From Candidatus Wolfebacteria bacterium GW2011_GWB1_47_1 (GTDB taxonomy: Bacteria > Patescibacteriota > Minisyncoccia > UBA6257 > UBA9933), in the NCBI GenBank assembly GCA_001029635.1, contig CP011209.1, positions 157,352-221,351 on the forward strand: a DNA stretch of 64,000 bases, read 5' to 3'. The position numbers and the translations under genes were made by a program. Under the pieces are notes generated by a model that worked only from the letters and a program-made list of their open reading frames with translations, was not told the DNA's origin and did no database searches. Shown here one piece after another: positions 49,254 to 58,983 of the stretch (the stretch's first letter is position 1; the number at the start of each line of letters is the position of its first letter).

Positions 49254-50681
49254 ATGAAACGAATTTTATTTTTTATTGTTCCGATTATCGTTCTGGTAGT
49301 CGGTGTATATTTTTTTGCGCCATCAAAAAATCATAGCAAGGTGCTCGTCATCGGCATTGATGGAGCAACCTGGGATATTGCTCAGCCGATGATTGACCGA
49401 GGGGAACTCCCCACACTTAAAATGCTCATCGATTCGGGCATCTCGGGACATCTAGCCTCAATTGATCAGCCCGTCGTACCGGCCGCCTGGGTATCTTTTG
49501 CGACCGGGCAAGAATCCGGCAGTACGGGGGTCTTTGATTTCTTAACCCCCATATCCAACTCCTATGATTTTCGCATTATTGCCCCGGGAGAGCTCAAAAC
49601 CCCTGCCCTTTGGGAGCTTATCGGCAATGCAGGGAAAAAAGTTGGCCTAATTAACTTTTTATTTTATCCTGCCCCTGTGGTTAACGGGTTTTCGATATCC
49701 GGAGAACTTACGCCTGCCGATCTCCTTAGTGAGCTTGCCGATTCCACATACCCAAAGTCTCTTAATCAAGAGCTTTCCGCCGTTGGTCCCTACCATATTG
49801 ACGCAAAAAAGTTTGAAGATCCTGAAGGTTTTCTTAAAAGCATCAATACTTCCCTTGTTGAGCGTACAAATAGTGCCGAATATCTGGTACGAACCAAAAA
49901 AGTGGATGCTTCCTTCGTTATTTTTAATGAGACGAATCGCTTGCAGCATTTTTTCTGGAAATACCAAGATCCCCGTAATTCAGCCTACATTCCGGGCAAC
50001 CCGTATGAACGCGCGATCAGCGATCACTATAAGGCGCTTGATAATGCCATAAAAAGGCTTATTGCGGCTGCCGACGAAGATACTCGAGTTCTCGTCTTCT
50101 CGAATCATGGGTTTGGAGGTCTCTATAAGATCGTTTCCATCAATACATGGCTTCAACAGCAGCATTTGATCTCGTTTTCCCCTGATTTGGGGCAAAAATA
50201 TGCAGATATCGTTAACTGGCATGAGACGCAGGCATTTTTCCCAAGTCAATTTCAAGGTATCTTTATCAATGCGACCGGTCGCTATCCACAGGGTATTGTC
50301 ACTGAGACACAATATGAGACACTTCGCTCTCATATCATCGATCGCATACTCACGCTCCGCGATCCGCAGACGAATGCACTGATCGTGACCAAGGCGGAAC
50401 GAAGAGAGGATGCCTATCCAGGAGCGAACAATGCCTCACTTCCTGATATTATTCTTACCTTCGCACCAGGCTATCATGCATCCAATGAGGTTGGTGGGGC
50501 GCTCGTCAGACCCTCTACCTATTGGTCGGGCATCCACAATCAAGATGGTATGTATATCTTGTCGCATCCTGAACAGAAACCCACCAAGCGCGATGCACAC
50601 ATCCTTGATCTTGCTCCGACGATATTGCAAATGCTCGATATTCCTATACCAAAGAATCTAACAGGAACGCCTATTATCTAG
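49254..50681 (+). CDS. Alkaline-phosphatase-superfamily protein (type I phosphodiesterase / nucleotide pyrophosphatase-like), membrane-anchored
   Basis: N-terminal TM segment; VLVIGIDGATWD metal-site motif typical of the AlkP/NPP family; HGFGG and further family hallmarks. Confidence 0.65.
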   Translation: MKRILFFIVPIIVLVVGVYFFAPSKNHSKVLVIGIDGATWDIAQPMIDRGELPTLKMLIDSGISGHLASIDQPVVPAAWVSFATGQESGSTGVFDFLTPISNSYDFRIIAPGELKTPALWELIGNAGKKVGLINFLFYPAPVVNGFSISGELTPADLLSELADSTYPKSLNQELSAVGPYHIDAKKFEDPEGFLKSINTSLVERTNSAEYLVRTKKVDASFVIFNETNRLQHFFWKYQDPRNSAYIPGNPYERAISDHYKALDNAIKRLIAAADEDTRVLVFSNHGFGGLYKIVSINTWLQQQHLISFSPDLGQKYADIVNWHETQAFFPSQFQGIFINATGRYPQGIVTETQYETLRSHIIDRILTLRDPQTNALIVTKAERREDAYPGANNASLPDIILTFAPGYHASNEVGGALVRPSTYWSGIHNQDGMYILSHPEQKPTKRDAHILDLAPTILQMLDIPIPKNLTGTPII

Positions 50682-50766
50682 AACCGATCCGGCTTTGCCC
50701 CGCCATCGCGCAGACCCCTTCTAGCGGACCCGATCATTTGACTCGTGCTCAGTATGGATACACATA

Positions 50767-50796
50767 AAAAACACTCAGCCGTATGGCTGAGTGTTT
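50767..50796. terminator. Bidirectional terminator between convergent genes
   Basis: AAAACACTCAGCCGTATGGCTGAGTGTTTT. Confidence 0.65.
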
Positions 50797-50802
50797 TTCA
50801 TG

Positions 50803-52092
50803 TCAGAGTTCTCCTGCGGTCATTGCCCAGAAGGTTCCCTTGTCGATAGTATTCTTTTTCCAGGTATCGCCTTCTTTATAATATTGCATGAGGTGCCCCT
50901 CGCTGATATTATTCAGTCCGACCGGTTTGCTATCCTTTGGCCGAATGATGGACAGTGAATTTACATATACCTCGTAGTTCGCATCCTTGTCGATATCATA
51001 GGCGAATGCGTCATATCCTCCGCTATTTTTGCCCACAAACTCAGGCAGCTTGGATAGATTATCTATCTCCGTCTTTACGAAATCGCTCCCCGTAAAGTCA
51101 TACATAAATACGTATCCATCCGGGTCGGTTGAAACGAATAGCTCTTCACGTCCGTCGTTGTCAAAATCCTTCGCGGTGATTGCCTTGTTGTTATCTTGTT
51201 TTACGTTGTCATCAATCACGCGCTTTTCCCATACGCCATCCTTTTTTGCGTATGCGACTAATATGCTGTTTGGCCATGTACCCGCCACAATTACATTGCG
51301 CCCATCGCCATAGAGGTTATGCGCAATTGATAATCTGCGATGTTGTCGTCCCTCAAGGTGTCCGGCAATTTCCCGTACCCATTTGCCGCCTTCGTAATGA
51401 TATACGCCAACCCAACTTTCCGGTTCGCCCTTATACATGTTTCCGGTACCGTGTGCGGCGATGAGCTCATTTTTCCCGTCTCCATCTACGTCAGCGATTT
51501 CTACCGTATGGATCGCGGTTTGATATGTTTTTCCACTTGGCGTTATCACAGTGCGGCCATCATCCCCGTCCATTTCCCGCGTGATATTTTGCATTACCAC
51601 ATCTTTTTTCCACTGCTGGTCGCCTTCATTCCATGTGTATACGATAACCATCCCCTCTCCATGTGTTGCGATGACAATCGAGTTCGTGCCATTGTTGTAC
51701 GCATCGCCTATTTCAATATCTCGGCAGAATGGCTCGCCCATCGAATCCACGACGGATGACCTGAACCCATCATTTGTTTTTTCGTAGATTTTTATCGCGC
51801 AATGATCGCTGTCATATGTCCGTTTGTTGATTGTTGCGACAACCATGGCAACACCGTTATTTTTCACGTCGCCAACTTTAATGTCAAAGATCGATTCTTC
51901 CCCCACTTCATCAATCACCTGCTTTATAAATGTGCCATCCTCGAGCTTATATGCGATAAGTTGTCCTGGAACAAGCGTTCCCCCGAATACATACTGCTCC
52001 TTTTTAGGTATGCCATATTGCTGAATAAGCACAAATGCGATAATAATAACTGCCACTGCGATACCCGTTCTGTATTTTTTTATAAATTCCAT
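50803..52092 (-). CDS. Membrane-anchored FG-GAP/VCBS-repeat beta-propeller protein
   Basis: TM anchor IAVAVIIIAFVLI; repeated D-x-D/N-x-D-G-xxE-L motifs (DVDGDGKNELIA, DFDNDGREELFV, DKDANYEVYV). The start is chosen at MEFIKKY, 5 nt after the upstream stop. Confidence 0.6.
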   Translation of the reverse strand: MEFIKKYRTGIAVAVIIIAFVLIQQYGIPKKEQYVFGGTLVPGQLIAYKLEDGTFIKQVIDEVGEESIFDIKVGDVKNNGVAMVVATINKRTYDSDHCAIKIYEKTNDGFRSSVVDSMGEPFCRDIEIGDAYNNGTNSIVIATHGEGMVIVYTWNEGDQQWKKDVVMQNITREMDGDDGRTVITPSGKTYQTAIHTVEIADVDGDGKNELIAAHGTGNMYKGEPESWVGVYHYEGGKWVREIAGHLEGRQHRRLSIAHNLYGDGRNVIVAGTWPNSILVAYAKKDGVWEKRVIDDNVKQDNNKAITAKDFDNDGREELFVSTDPDGYVFMYDFTGSDFVKTEIDNLSKLPEFVGKNSGGYDAFAYDIDKDANYEVYVNSLSIIRPKDSKPVGLNNISEGHLMQYYKEGDTWKKNTIDKGTFWAMTAGEL

Positions 52093-52096
52093 AATG

Positions 52097-52705
52097 TTAG
52101 TTACACGTAAAACTTTCCAGTTGTTTTTTTGCTCGGTCGACACCGAATGTATGTTTAGACGAAAGTATTTCTATATTAACAAGTTTTTGTGCTTCGGGAC
52201 AATATACCAATGTTAGCATTCCCTTGTAGATCGCCTGGTCTTCAGTCATCACCATATAGGAGAAATAGCGATCTGCGAATGCCAGGAAGGAGGGTGTTTC
52301 CCTCCCTTGTATTTCTACCGTTTCTTTTTGGGGTTTAAGCTGGTCTGGCACCTGTGCTACGGCTGCGATGAGGTCCGCGTAAATTCCAAGAATCTCCTCT
52401 GGTGCAAAGTGCGCATCCATTGTTTGAAAAATACCCTCCGTCCTTTTTATCGCCTCCTCCTCAGTGACGCGGTCTATTATTTTTATGCGAATGATATCCT
52501 CGTTGCTTTTCGCAGTCAGCTCGATATTTTTATTTCCGCCATAAAAGAATTCATCATACGCGCTCACGCGAAACCCGTCATCGTATATCGCGATCCCCTG
52601 TGTCCAGAGGTGCCACCGGAGTGTATACGAGCCATACCAGAGTATCCCCGATATTGCCGCGAGCAACGCGACACCTCCCGCAACTCTATAAGTATTTTTT
52701 TTCAT
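52097..52705 (-). CDS. Hypothetical membrane-anchored protein (202 aa), operon member
   Basis: N-terminal TM VAGGVALLAAISGILWY; its start overlaps the permease stop (ATGA). Confidence 0.5.
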   Translation of the reverse strand: MKKNTYRVAGGVALLAAISGILWYGSYTLRWHLWTQGIAIYDDGFRVSAYDEFFYGGNKNIELTAKSNEDIIRIKIIDRVTEEEAIKRTEGIFQTMDAHFAPEEILGIYADLIAAVAQVPDQLKPQKETVEIQGRETPSFLAFADRYFSYMVMTEDQAIYKGMLTLVYCPEAQKLVNIEILSSKHTFGVDRAKKQLESFTCN

Positions 52706-53397
52706 CGTATTATGCGCTTACTTATGAGTTCGACCCCCGCCAGTATGACCAGTGTTGGAAATATGCTGAGTAATAGTATTTCTCCGGTAGAAACGATCGA
52801 TTCCTTTCCGAAAAGCAGCATCGTTCCTTGGTACAGATAGGTTGCTGGTATCCATTTCGCGATCGCTAGTTGTGTTGCCGACCGCAAGGGGACAAGAACC
52901 CCAGAAGCCGTAAGTATTGCGAACATGCTTGACGCAAACAATAGCGTCCTCATTTCCGCGACAAACGGCACAAGTAATACGCCGACCGTACTTGCAAAGA
53001 GCGCTGTAGAAAGGAATGCGAATGAATGCGCTCCAATTGCCTCTCCCGCTCCGCTCGGCGATAGTAGCCAAATCCCTGCGAGTAGCGGCAAAAACTGCAC
53101 TGTCATTATGAGGGTGTTGGCAATAATTTCACCCCACACAACATATACCGGACGTATCGGCGCAACCGCAATCGTTTGTAATGCTCCCTTTGCCCTGTCT
53201 TCTCCCAGCGCTTGCCCCACGCCAAATATTCCGAAGATGAGCGTAAGTATGGTTATTACCGAAGCGACAAAAAATACATTGGTCGGCAATGCCATAAGCG
53301 GTATGACTGCGATTGCGGGAATGACCATGCGCAATATAAATAACCCTCGCCGCTTTGCTATCGTTTGCATTCTTTTTTTTATAATAGACTGTATCAT
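52702..53397 (-). CDS. ABC-2-type transporter permease
   Basis: Six TM segments in 231 aa; translationally coupled (4-nt overlap) to the ATPase gene. Confidence 0.7.
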   Translation of the reverse strand: MIQSIIKKRMQTIAKRRGLFILRMVIPAIAVIPLMALPTNVFFVASVITILTLIFGIFGVGQALGEDRAKGALQTIAVAPIRPVYVVWGEIIANTLIMTVQFLPLLAGIWLLSPSGAGEAIGAHSFAFLSTALFASTVGVLLVPFVAEMRTLLFASSMFAILTASGVLVPLRSATQLAIAKWIPATYLYQGTMLLFGKESIVSTGEILLLSIFPTLVILAGVELISKRIIR

Positions 53398-54308
53398 TGC
53401 AAGTGTATTCCTGTCTTTTGCAAAAAGACATCCGCTAAGGTTGCCCGATTGATCCGAATATCACAGATATCCCCCCCTGCATCCACGATGCCTCGTATGA
53501 TTTCCGCAAGTGCTCCACGCTCCGCGCTCATGCGAACGCGCCCATCTTTTACCGCTACCGATTTGACGCCATTTATTTCTCCGATTTTTTGTATGGCAAT
53601 AAAATTCTTAAGGTGGAGATCTATCTCTTGCAGATCGACAATATCCGCAAGGAGTGCAGTCACCGTTTCTTTATTGATAATAGTCCCCTGATGTACGAAT
53701 GCCACCGTATCACATATAGATTCAGCTTCCGTGATCTCGTTTGTAGTGAGCAGTATCGCAGATCCTTCGCGCGCCAGTCTCTGTAGCCGTTCTTGCACCA
53801 CATATTTCGACGCGTAATCAAGCCCCGTAAAAGGCTCATCGAGTATAAGCACCTTTGGTTTTCGCAGTATTGCCTCCGCAAGGTCGACTTTTCTCCGCAT
53901 TCCAAACGAATAATTTTTCATGGGAATGTCGAGTGCGTCGCTCAGGAATAATTCCTTTACGATTTCTTCATCAAACGCTTTCTGCTTATATAATTTATTT
54001 ACGAAGGCAATATTTTCCCTCCCCGTCAGATCCTCGAAGTAGGAACTTGTCTCGAATACAATCCCCGCTTCGTTTCCAACTGCAGCTTCTGCGATTCTTG
54101 AATCGTAACCCCCTATCGTATACCAACCCGCTGTAGGATTCTGATACCCTGCAAGCGTTCGTATGAGCGTAGACTTCCCTGATCCATTCGACCCCAAAAT
54201 CCCCATAATCTCGCCGGGTTCCACTAAAAAGGTAGCTTCTTTGATTCCTCTACCTGATGTTTTGTATACCGATGCAAGCTGCTGCACCACAATGCCGTGC
54301 TTGTTCAT
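53394..54308 (-). CDS. ABC transporter ATP-binding protein
   Basis: Walker A GSNGSGKSTLIRTL, signature region and Walker B VLILDEPFTGLD. Confidence 0.85.
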   Translation of the reverse strand: MNKHGIVVQQLASVYKTSGRGIKEATFLVEPGEIMGILGSNGSGKSTLIRTLAGYQNPTAGWYTIGGYDSRIAEAAVGNEAGIVFETSSYFEDLTGRENIAFVNKLYKQKAFDEEIVKELFLSDALDIPMKNYSFGMRRKVDLAEAILRKPKVLILDEPFTGLDYASKYVVQERLQRLAREGSAILLTTNEITEAESICDTVAFVHQGTIINKETVTALLADIVDLQEIDLHLKNFIAIQKIGEINGVKSVAVKDGRVRMSAERGALAEIIRGIVDAGGDICDIRINRATLADVFLQKTGIHLQ

Positions 54309-54357
54309 ATGACTTCTTTGCGTATAATGAAGAGTATATCATATTTTTTTATTACCC

Positions 54358-55788
54358 ATGCAGCGCACATCATTTATCGGACTTCTCGCTACTGCCGCCA
54401 TTGCCGGGGTTGGTGGTGTTTTCTACGTTACTCCCACGCTTCGATCGCAAATTGCATCCCGCTCAACGCACTCCGCGCCAACGGCAAGCATTGACACGCT
54501 TGCGTCACGGGTCGAAGAGCGTCTTATTGAAATGGGCTATTTGGAGAGTGGGGATGCCCCACCTTCTCAATCGGTTGCAGAAACCCTTGTCACGCCAAAG
54601 CCGCTCCAGTCACTTCCCCCCTCCCTTACAAAAAAACCGATCCGCCCATCCGGCGAAAAGGTTATTGTGATTGGCGCGGCAACGAACGGAGCACAGGAAA
54701 GTAAAGGGGTAATCGTTGTCGTGCACCCATCGCGTAATTTTGCGCACGAAATCATCCCATTTTCTACGCTCATCAGCCATGCAACATTTTTTGATACGGA
54801 CGGAGATGGGCATGATGAGTTGTTATCCGCAACGATGGGATCGCTCCATACGCTTACTCCCCGTCAGGATTGGAAATCAGCCATCTTTGCTACCACGCCC
54901 GAATTTCGTTTACGTAAGCTGGCAAAAGGAGATATTGATGGCGATGGTCAACGGGAGCTTGCCGTGAGCACGCATAAAAATGGACAGACGATTCTTCTCC
55001 GGCACGTGCAGGGCATATGGAAGCAGACTATTCTTGGACAGCGGATGTACGGGGAGGGCGCTACCGAAAATCACGATGTATTGATGGCCGACCTCGATCG
55101 TGATGGCAAGGATGAGGTCATCGCAACCCCGACCACGGCAAAGGTGATGGGTCAAATAGATGCATGGGGGGGGAAGTTACAAGTGTTTGACTATGAAAAT
55201 AACGCCTGGTCAAACAAAATCATCGACTCCTTTTCCGGTGGATCGTTCGCTCGACGAGTACTCTATGCCGATGCTGACAATGACGGGTCAAAGGAACTCG
55301 TAGCGCTCATCGAGGGTGATCTACGTAACAGCCGCGTTTCTCAGTATGCTTCGTGCAATAATTGTGAGGATCGCCCGCTCACGCTTGTTTCATATATATA
55401 CGAAAAAGGTTTATACACACGGAAAGTTCTTCTCACGCCGAAACAACTCGTGGTTCATAGTCGAATAGCATTCTCGCCTTCCTTCGCAATTGCCGATGTA
55501 ACCGGCTCGGGGGAAAATTCGATTATCGTAACGACCCCTACCGGAATCATAGTATTTACTGATGGAACCATGTCTTCGGTCGATACATTTGGGGATGTTT
55601 CGCTCTTTACCCTCATTACGGACATCGACGAAGATGGTGTTAATGACATTGTCGTATATTCACACCAGCAAGAGAGCCTGCTTGCCTACTCATTACGCGA
55701 TGGCATTTGGGATAAAAAGGTACTTGCACACATACCGCTTAATGACACGAAGCTATTCGTTTGGTCAATCGAATTGGGAACCATCTGA
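54358..55788 (+). CDS. Secreted FG-GAP/VCBS-repeat beta-propeller protein
   Basis: Signal peptide [20 protein letters not shown]; repeats [63 protein letters not shown]. Confidence 0.6.
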
Positions 55789-56236
55789 GCGCAGCGAAAA
55801 TACCCCAAATAAAATGACCCCCATAAAGTGGACACGAAATAAAAACATCGTGTCTATTTTTTTGTATCACCATTCATCCCCGGGAGTAAAACTATCGGCT
55901 TTGGTCGATCGTTTAAAATTATCACGCTTCAGCCCATCGATCATCTCTGAAGAGGCGGGAGTTTTCATCTCAATAGATTTTAGCTCAAGGCTAAAATGAC
56001 ACACCAAGCGCATGGTCATCCTGGACTTGTCTCGCACTGAGCTTGCCGAAGTGATCCGGAATCTCGTGTACTTGCCACAAGATCCTGAATCCGTTGACTG
56101 ACGGATCAGAATGACAGATCGCTCTGGTGCTAATTTTCGTCCGAAATACGTATTAGATATATAGGCGTTGACCGGTCGGATAAAAATGGATATAAGAAAG
56201 GTAGTACGAGTAAGAATGAAAAAGGAGGAGGCGGAC

Positions 56237-56686
56237 ATGCAAAAAGTATTGGTTGTGATGCAGGATGATGTGGCGAGTTTGCGGGACGAGCGGATCAGCT
56301 ACGAAGGAGGCATCGTACCAAAGAGGAGTGGGGCAGGAGCGCAGTGTACGCGGGAGATACTCTCGGAGATTATTGCCCTGGCGGGCATACATGTTGTTGA
56401 GGCGAAAGACGAGGCGGTTCTCTCCCGGGCAATAGATGAACAAGGGGCCGAGATTGGAGTTGCGTTAGTAGTCCAACAAGGGGCAGGCAACTACGAGAGC
56501 CTTAAGTATCTGGAAAAGATACGGAGCACCTGCGGGGAACGAATTGTCGTTATTGGCATAGCAGAGAGCGTTCAGTGCATGGAGGCAATGGTTACACTTC
56601 GGGTGGATAAGTTGCTTGGAGCTCCCTTGGGAAACATAAACCTGGACGAGTTACTTAAGGTAGTTCAGGGGTATGTAATGAAATAA
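56237..56686 (+). CDS. Hypothetical protein with a receiver-like (CheY-fold-like) pattern but no phospho-acceptor Asp
   Basis: Strong RBS AAGGAGGAGG; an alternating beta/alpha pattern (KVLVVMQDD...IGVALVV...IVVIGIA); weak call. Confidence 0.35.
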   Translation: MQKVLVVMQDDVASLRDERISYEGGIVPKRSGAGAQCTREILSEIIALAGIHVVEAKDEAVLSRAIDEQGAEIGVALVVQQGAGNYESLKYLEKIRSTCGERIVVIGIAESVQCMEAMVTLRVDKLLGAPLGNINLDELLKVVQGYVMK

Positions 56687-56687
56687 A

Positions 56688-56722
56688 AAATGGCGAGCCT
56701 CCGGGCTCGCCATTATTGTTAT
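56688..56722. terminator. Bidirectional terminator
   Basis: AAAAATGGCGAGCCTCCGGGCTCGCCATTATTG. Confidence 0.6.
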
Positions 56723-57120
56723 AAAAAAATATTACTGTAATGTACTACGTCAAAATAATTTTTGCCGAATTTATACGAGGAAGGTGAGGGAGAAGATAAA
56801 AGGATGATGGAGATAAGATCGATGCGCCAGCCCTTCGAGGGTGGAACAAGATTGGGATGTTTATTTGCGTAATAGGTAGCCATTCGGGAAAGTTTGAAGA
56901 ACTTTGAACGGGTAAGATTATCTTCGGGGGTTAGGGAGGCAGGAGAAGAAAGCGTCTTCACTTCAACCAGGACAAGAGTGCCGTCGGGATCACGCGTGAC
57001 GATATCGAGTTCTCCGAAGGAGGTTCGGACATTGGTTTCGATAATGGAATAGGAAATGTCACGGAGATAAGATGCTGCGCAAGCTTCGCCAAGTGAGCCA
57101 ACAGAAAGGTGAGTGATCAT
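56719..57120 (-). CDS. YraN/UPF0102-family endonuclease
   Basis: GEACAASYLRDISYSIIETNVRTSFGELDIVTRDPDGTLVLVEVKT matches the UPF0102 signature (GE...A..YL...GY...N.R...GEIDI...LVFVEVK). Confidence 0.7.
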   Translation of the reverse strand: MITHLSVGSLGEACAASYLRDISYSIIETNVRTSFGELDIVTRDPDGTLVLVEVKTLSSPASLTPEDNLTRSKFFKLSRMATYYANKHPNLVPPSKGWRIDLISIILLSSPSPSSYKFGKNYFDVVHYSNIFL

Positions 57121-57180
57121 AAGAGTAGTATATATAGGAAGGCGATATTTTGGAAATAAAGAGCTCGGAAGTTATTGCCA

Positions 57181-57206
57181 GGTTATCCACAAAGTTATGT
57201 GGATAA
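57181..57206. promoter_or_regulatory. Palindromic pair of DnaA-box consensus sequences TTATCCACA-AAGTTA-TGTGGATAA
   Basis: Perfect 9-mers in inverted orientation 6 bp apart, immediately upstream of the parS array. Confidence 0.6.
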
Positions 57207-57229
57207 CTATGGGGCAATTCTGCCGATAT

Positions 57230-57600
57230 TTGTTTCACGTGAAACATTTAGGAGACAAGGAGGTGGAAAAATGGTTAATATTTGTTTCACGTGAAACAAA
57301 AGAACCATAAAAAGAGGGAATTAGGTGCGGAGATTTGAGAAAGTGTTTCACGTGAAACAAAAGATATAAAAAAAAGGGGGCGAGATAGCTAAAAATGTTT
57401 CACGTGAAACAAAGTGCTCTAAGGACTGTGAAACAAAAATGTTTCACAGTGAGAAAAGGGAGATAAATTGTTTCACGTGAAACAATTTATTAAAAGATAG
57501 GGGTGGAATATGAGATAAAATGTTTCACGTGAAACAAATATCGGCAATTTGCCAAATGTGAAACAAAAGTGTGAAACAATATTAAAAACTGTCAAACAAA
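57230..57600. repeat. Tandem array of six perfect 16-bp parS consensus palindromes TGTTTCACGTGAAACA (57230, 57282, 57343, 57395, 57468, 57520), one everted variant (57428-57447), and three half-sites (57556, 57568, 57589)
   Basis: Each copy is identical to the ParB/Spo0J binding-site consensus TGTTNCACGTGAAACA; spacing is roughly 50-75 bp; located between the YraN gene and the recombinase gene. Confidence 0.75.
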
Positions 57601-57810
57601 ATATGTCAACTGGTGATAAAGCGATGAAGATGAGTTGTATCCCCTCCGGCGCCCGCTTCTTGCGGGCGGGCGCCGGAAAAATAGCAGAAAATGCGAGGAG
57701 GAAATAGAGCCTTCCACTTAGAAATTGTCATTAGTAATTAAAAATTTTAAATTACAAATTAAAAATTACCCCATATGTCCTGTCGTAAAATATTTGCTAT
57801 ACTATCTGTA

Positions 57811-58719
57811 ATGGATATTAATATCTTACTAAAGGAATATTTGGATTACCTCGAGATCGAGAAGAACAGATCAAAAAAGACGGGAGAGAATTATGGAAGG
57901 TATCTGCAGAAATTTATCGATACCGAAGGTATTAGGACTGAGGAGGATATAACGATAGGGCGAGTAAGAGACTTTCGTCTTCACTTGGCGCGTTCCTCGA
58001 ACGGGAGAGGCGATCAATATAACAAGTCAACACAAAGCTACTATATAATAGCATTGAGAAACTTCCTGAAATATTTGGCAAAAAACGATCATAAGGTTCT
58101 TTCTCCTGATAAGATAGAATTGCCGAAGGTTCCGATGCGACAGATTGAAGTAATTGAGTATGACGAGCTGGAGCGGTTATTAGGCGCAGTAAACGGGGGC
58201 GACACAAAAGCACTTCGCGACAGGGCGATATTGGAGGTACTCTTTTCAACCGGGCTACGTATCTCAGAGTTATGTAGCTTGAACCGATATATGGATTTTG
58301 ACCGTGGTGAAGTGACAGTAAGAGGGAAGGGAAATAAATTACGGGTAGTGTTCTTGGACACGAAGGCCGTGGCGGCGATCAAACAATATCTCGATAGGCG
58401 GGGTGACGCCGAGGAGGCAATGTTTGTAAGTTACACCAAGGCGGCAAGCCCGAAGGTGATTGGACGGATCATCCCACGGGCGGTGCAGCGCTTAGTTGAT
58501 CATTACTCGCGCAAGGCAGGAATAGCAAAGCACGTGCATCCACACATGCTACGTCATTCTTTTGCTACCGATCTTTTGATCAATGGAGCCGACCTGCGGT
58601 CTGTCCAAGAGATGCTCGGACACGCCAATATTGCCACAACACAGATCTACACCCATATTACAAATAAGGAACTTAAAGAGGTTCATCAGGCGTTCCATGG
58701 AAAAAGAAGAAAACAGTAA
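57811..58719 (+). CDS. Tyrosine site-specific recombinase (XerC/XerD-like)
   Basis: Catalytic R...HxxR...Y pattern: RDRAILEVLFSTGLRISEL, HPHMLRHSFATDLL, IATTQIYTHI. Confidence 0.85.
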   Translation: MDINILLKEYLDYLEIEKNRSKKTGENYGRYLQKFIDTEGIRTEEDITIGRVRDFRLHLARSSNGRGDQYNKSTQSYYIIALRNFLKYLAKNDHKVLSPDKIELPKVPMRQIEVIEYDELERLLGAVNGGDTKALRDRAILEVLFSTGLRISELCSLNRYMDFDRGEVTVRGKGNKLRVVFLDTKAVAAIKQYLDRRGDAEEAMFVSYTKAASPKVIGRIIPRAVQRLVDHYSRKAGIAKHVHPHMLRHSFATDLLINGADLRSVQEMLGHANIATTQIYTHITNKELKEVHQAFHGKRRKQ

Positions 58720-58721
58720 AA

Positions 58722-58756
58722 CAAAAAACACCTTCGGGGTGTTTTTTGTTGCGCGC
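58722..58756 (+). terminator. Terminator after the recombinase gene
   Basis: AAACAAAAAACACCTTCGGGGTGTTTTTTGTTG. Confidence 0.65.
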
Positions 58757-58983
58757 GCTATACAGTAAAAAATAAAAAGCGTATAATAATAATAATCTAC
58801 ATGGGGTAGATATAACTGAATATTGGTTGATCATTTCTATTTGCGTGGAAGTGAAAGACAAATAAAAATGTGACACTCTTGCGTGCGTCATTTTACATAG
58901 TTGATATAGTGAACACTTGCGTAAAAAGTGTGCTTTTATGTTTAAAGATAAAAAGCACCGAGGATCTCTGCTTACGGAGGCGA

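Noticed and set aside
57230-57600. CRISPR array interpretation of the regularly spaced 16-bp palindromes
   Set aside because: The units are perfect palindromes identical to the parS consensus, spacers are irregular (50-75 bp), and there are no cas genes.
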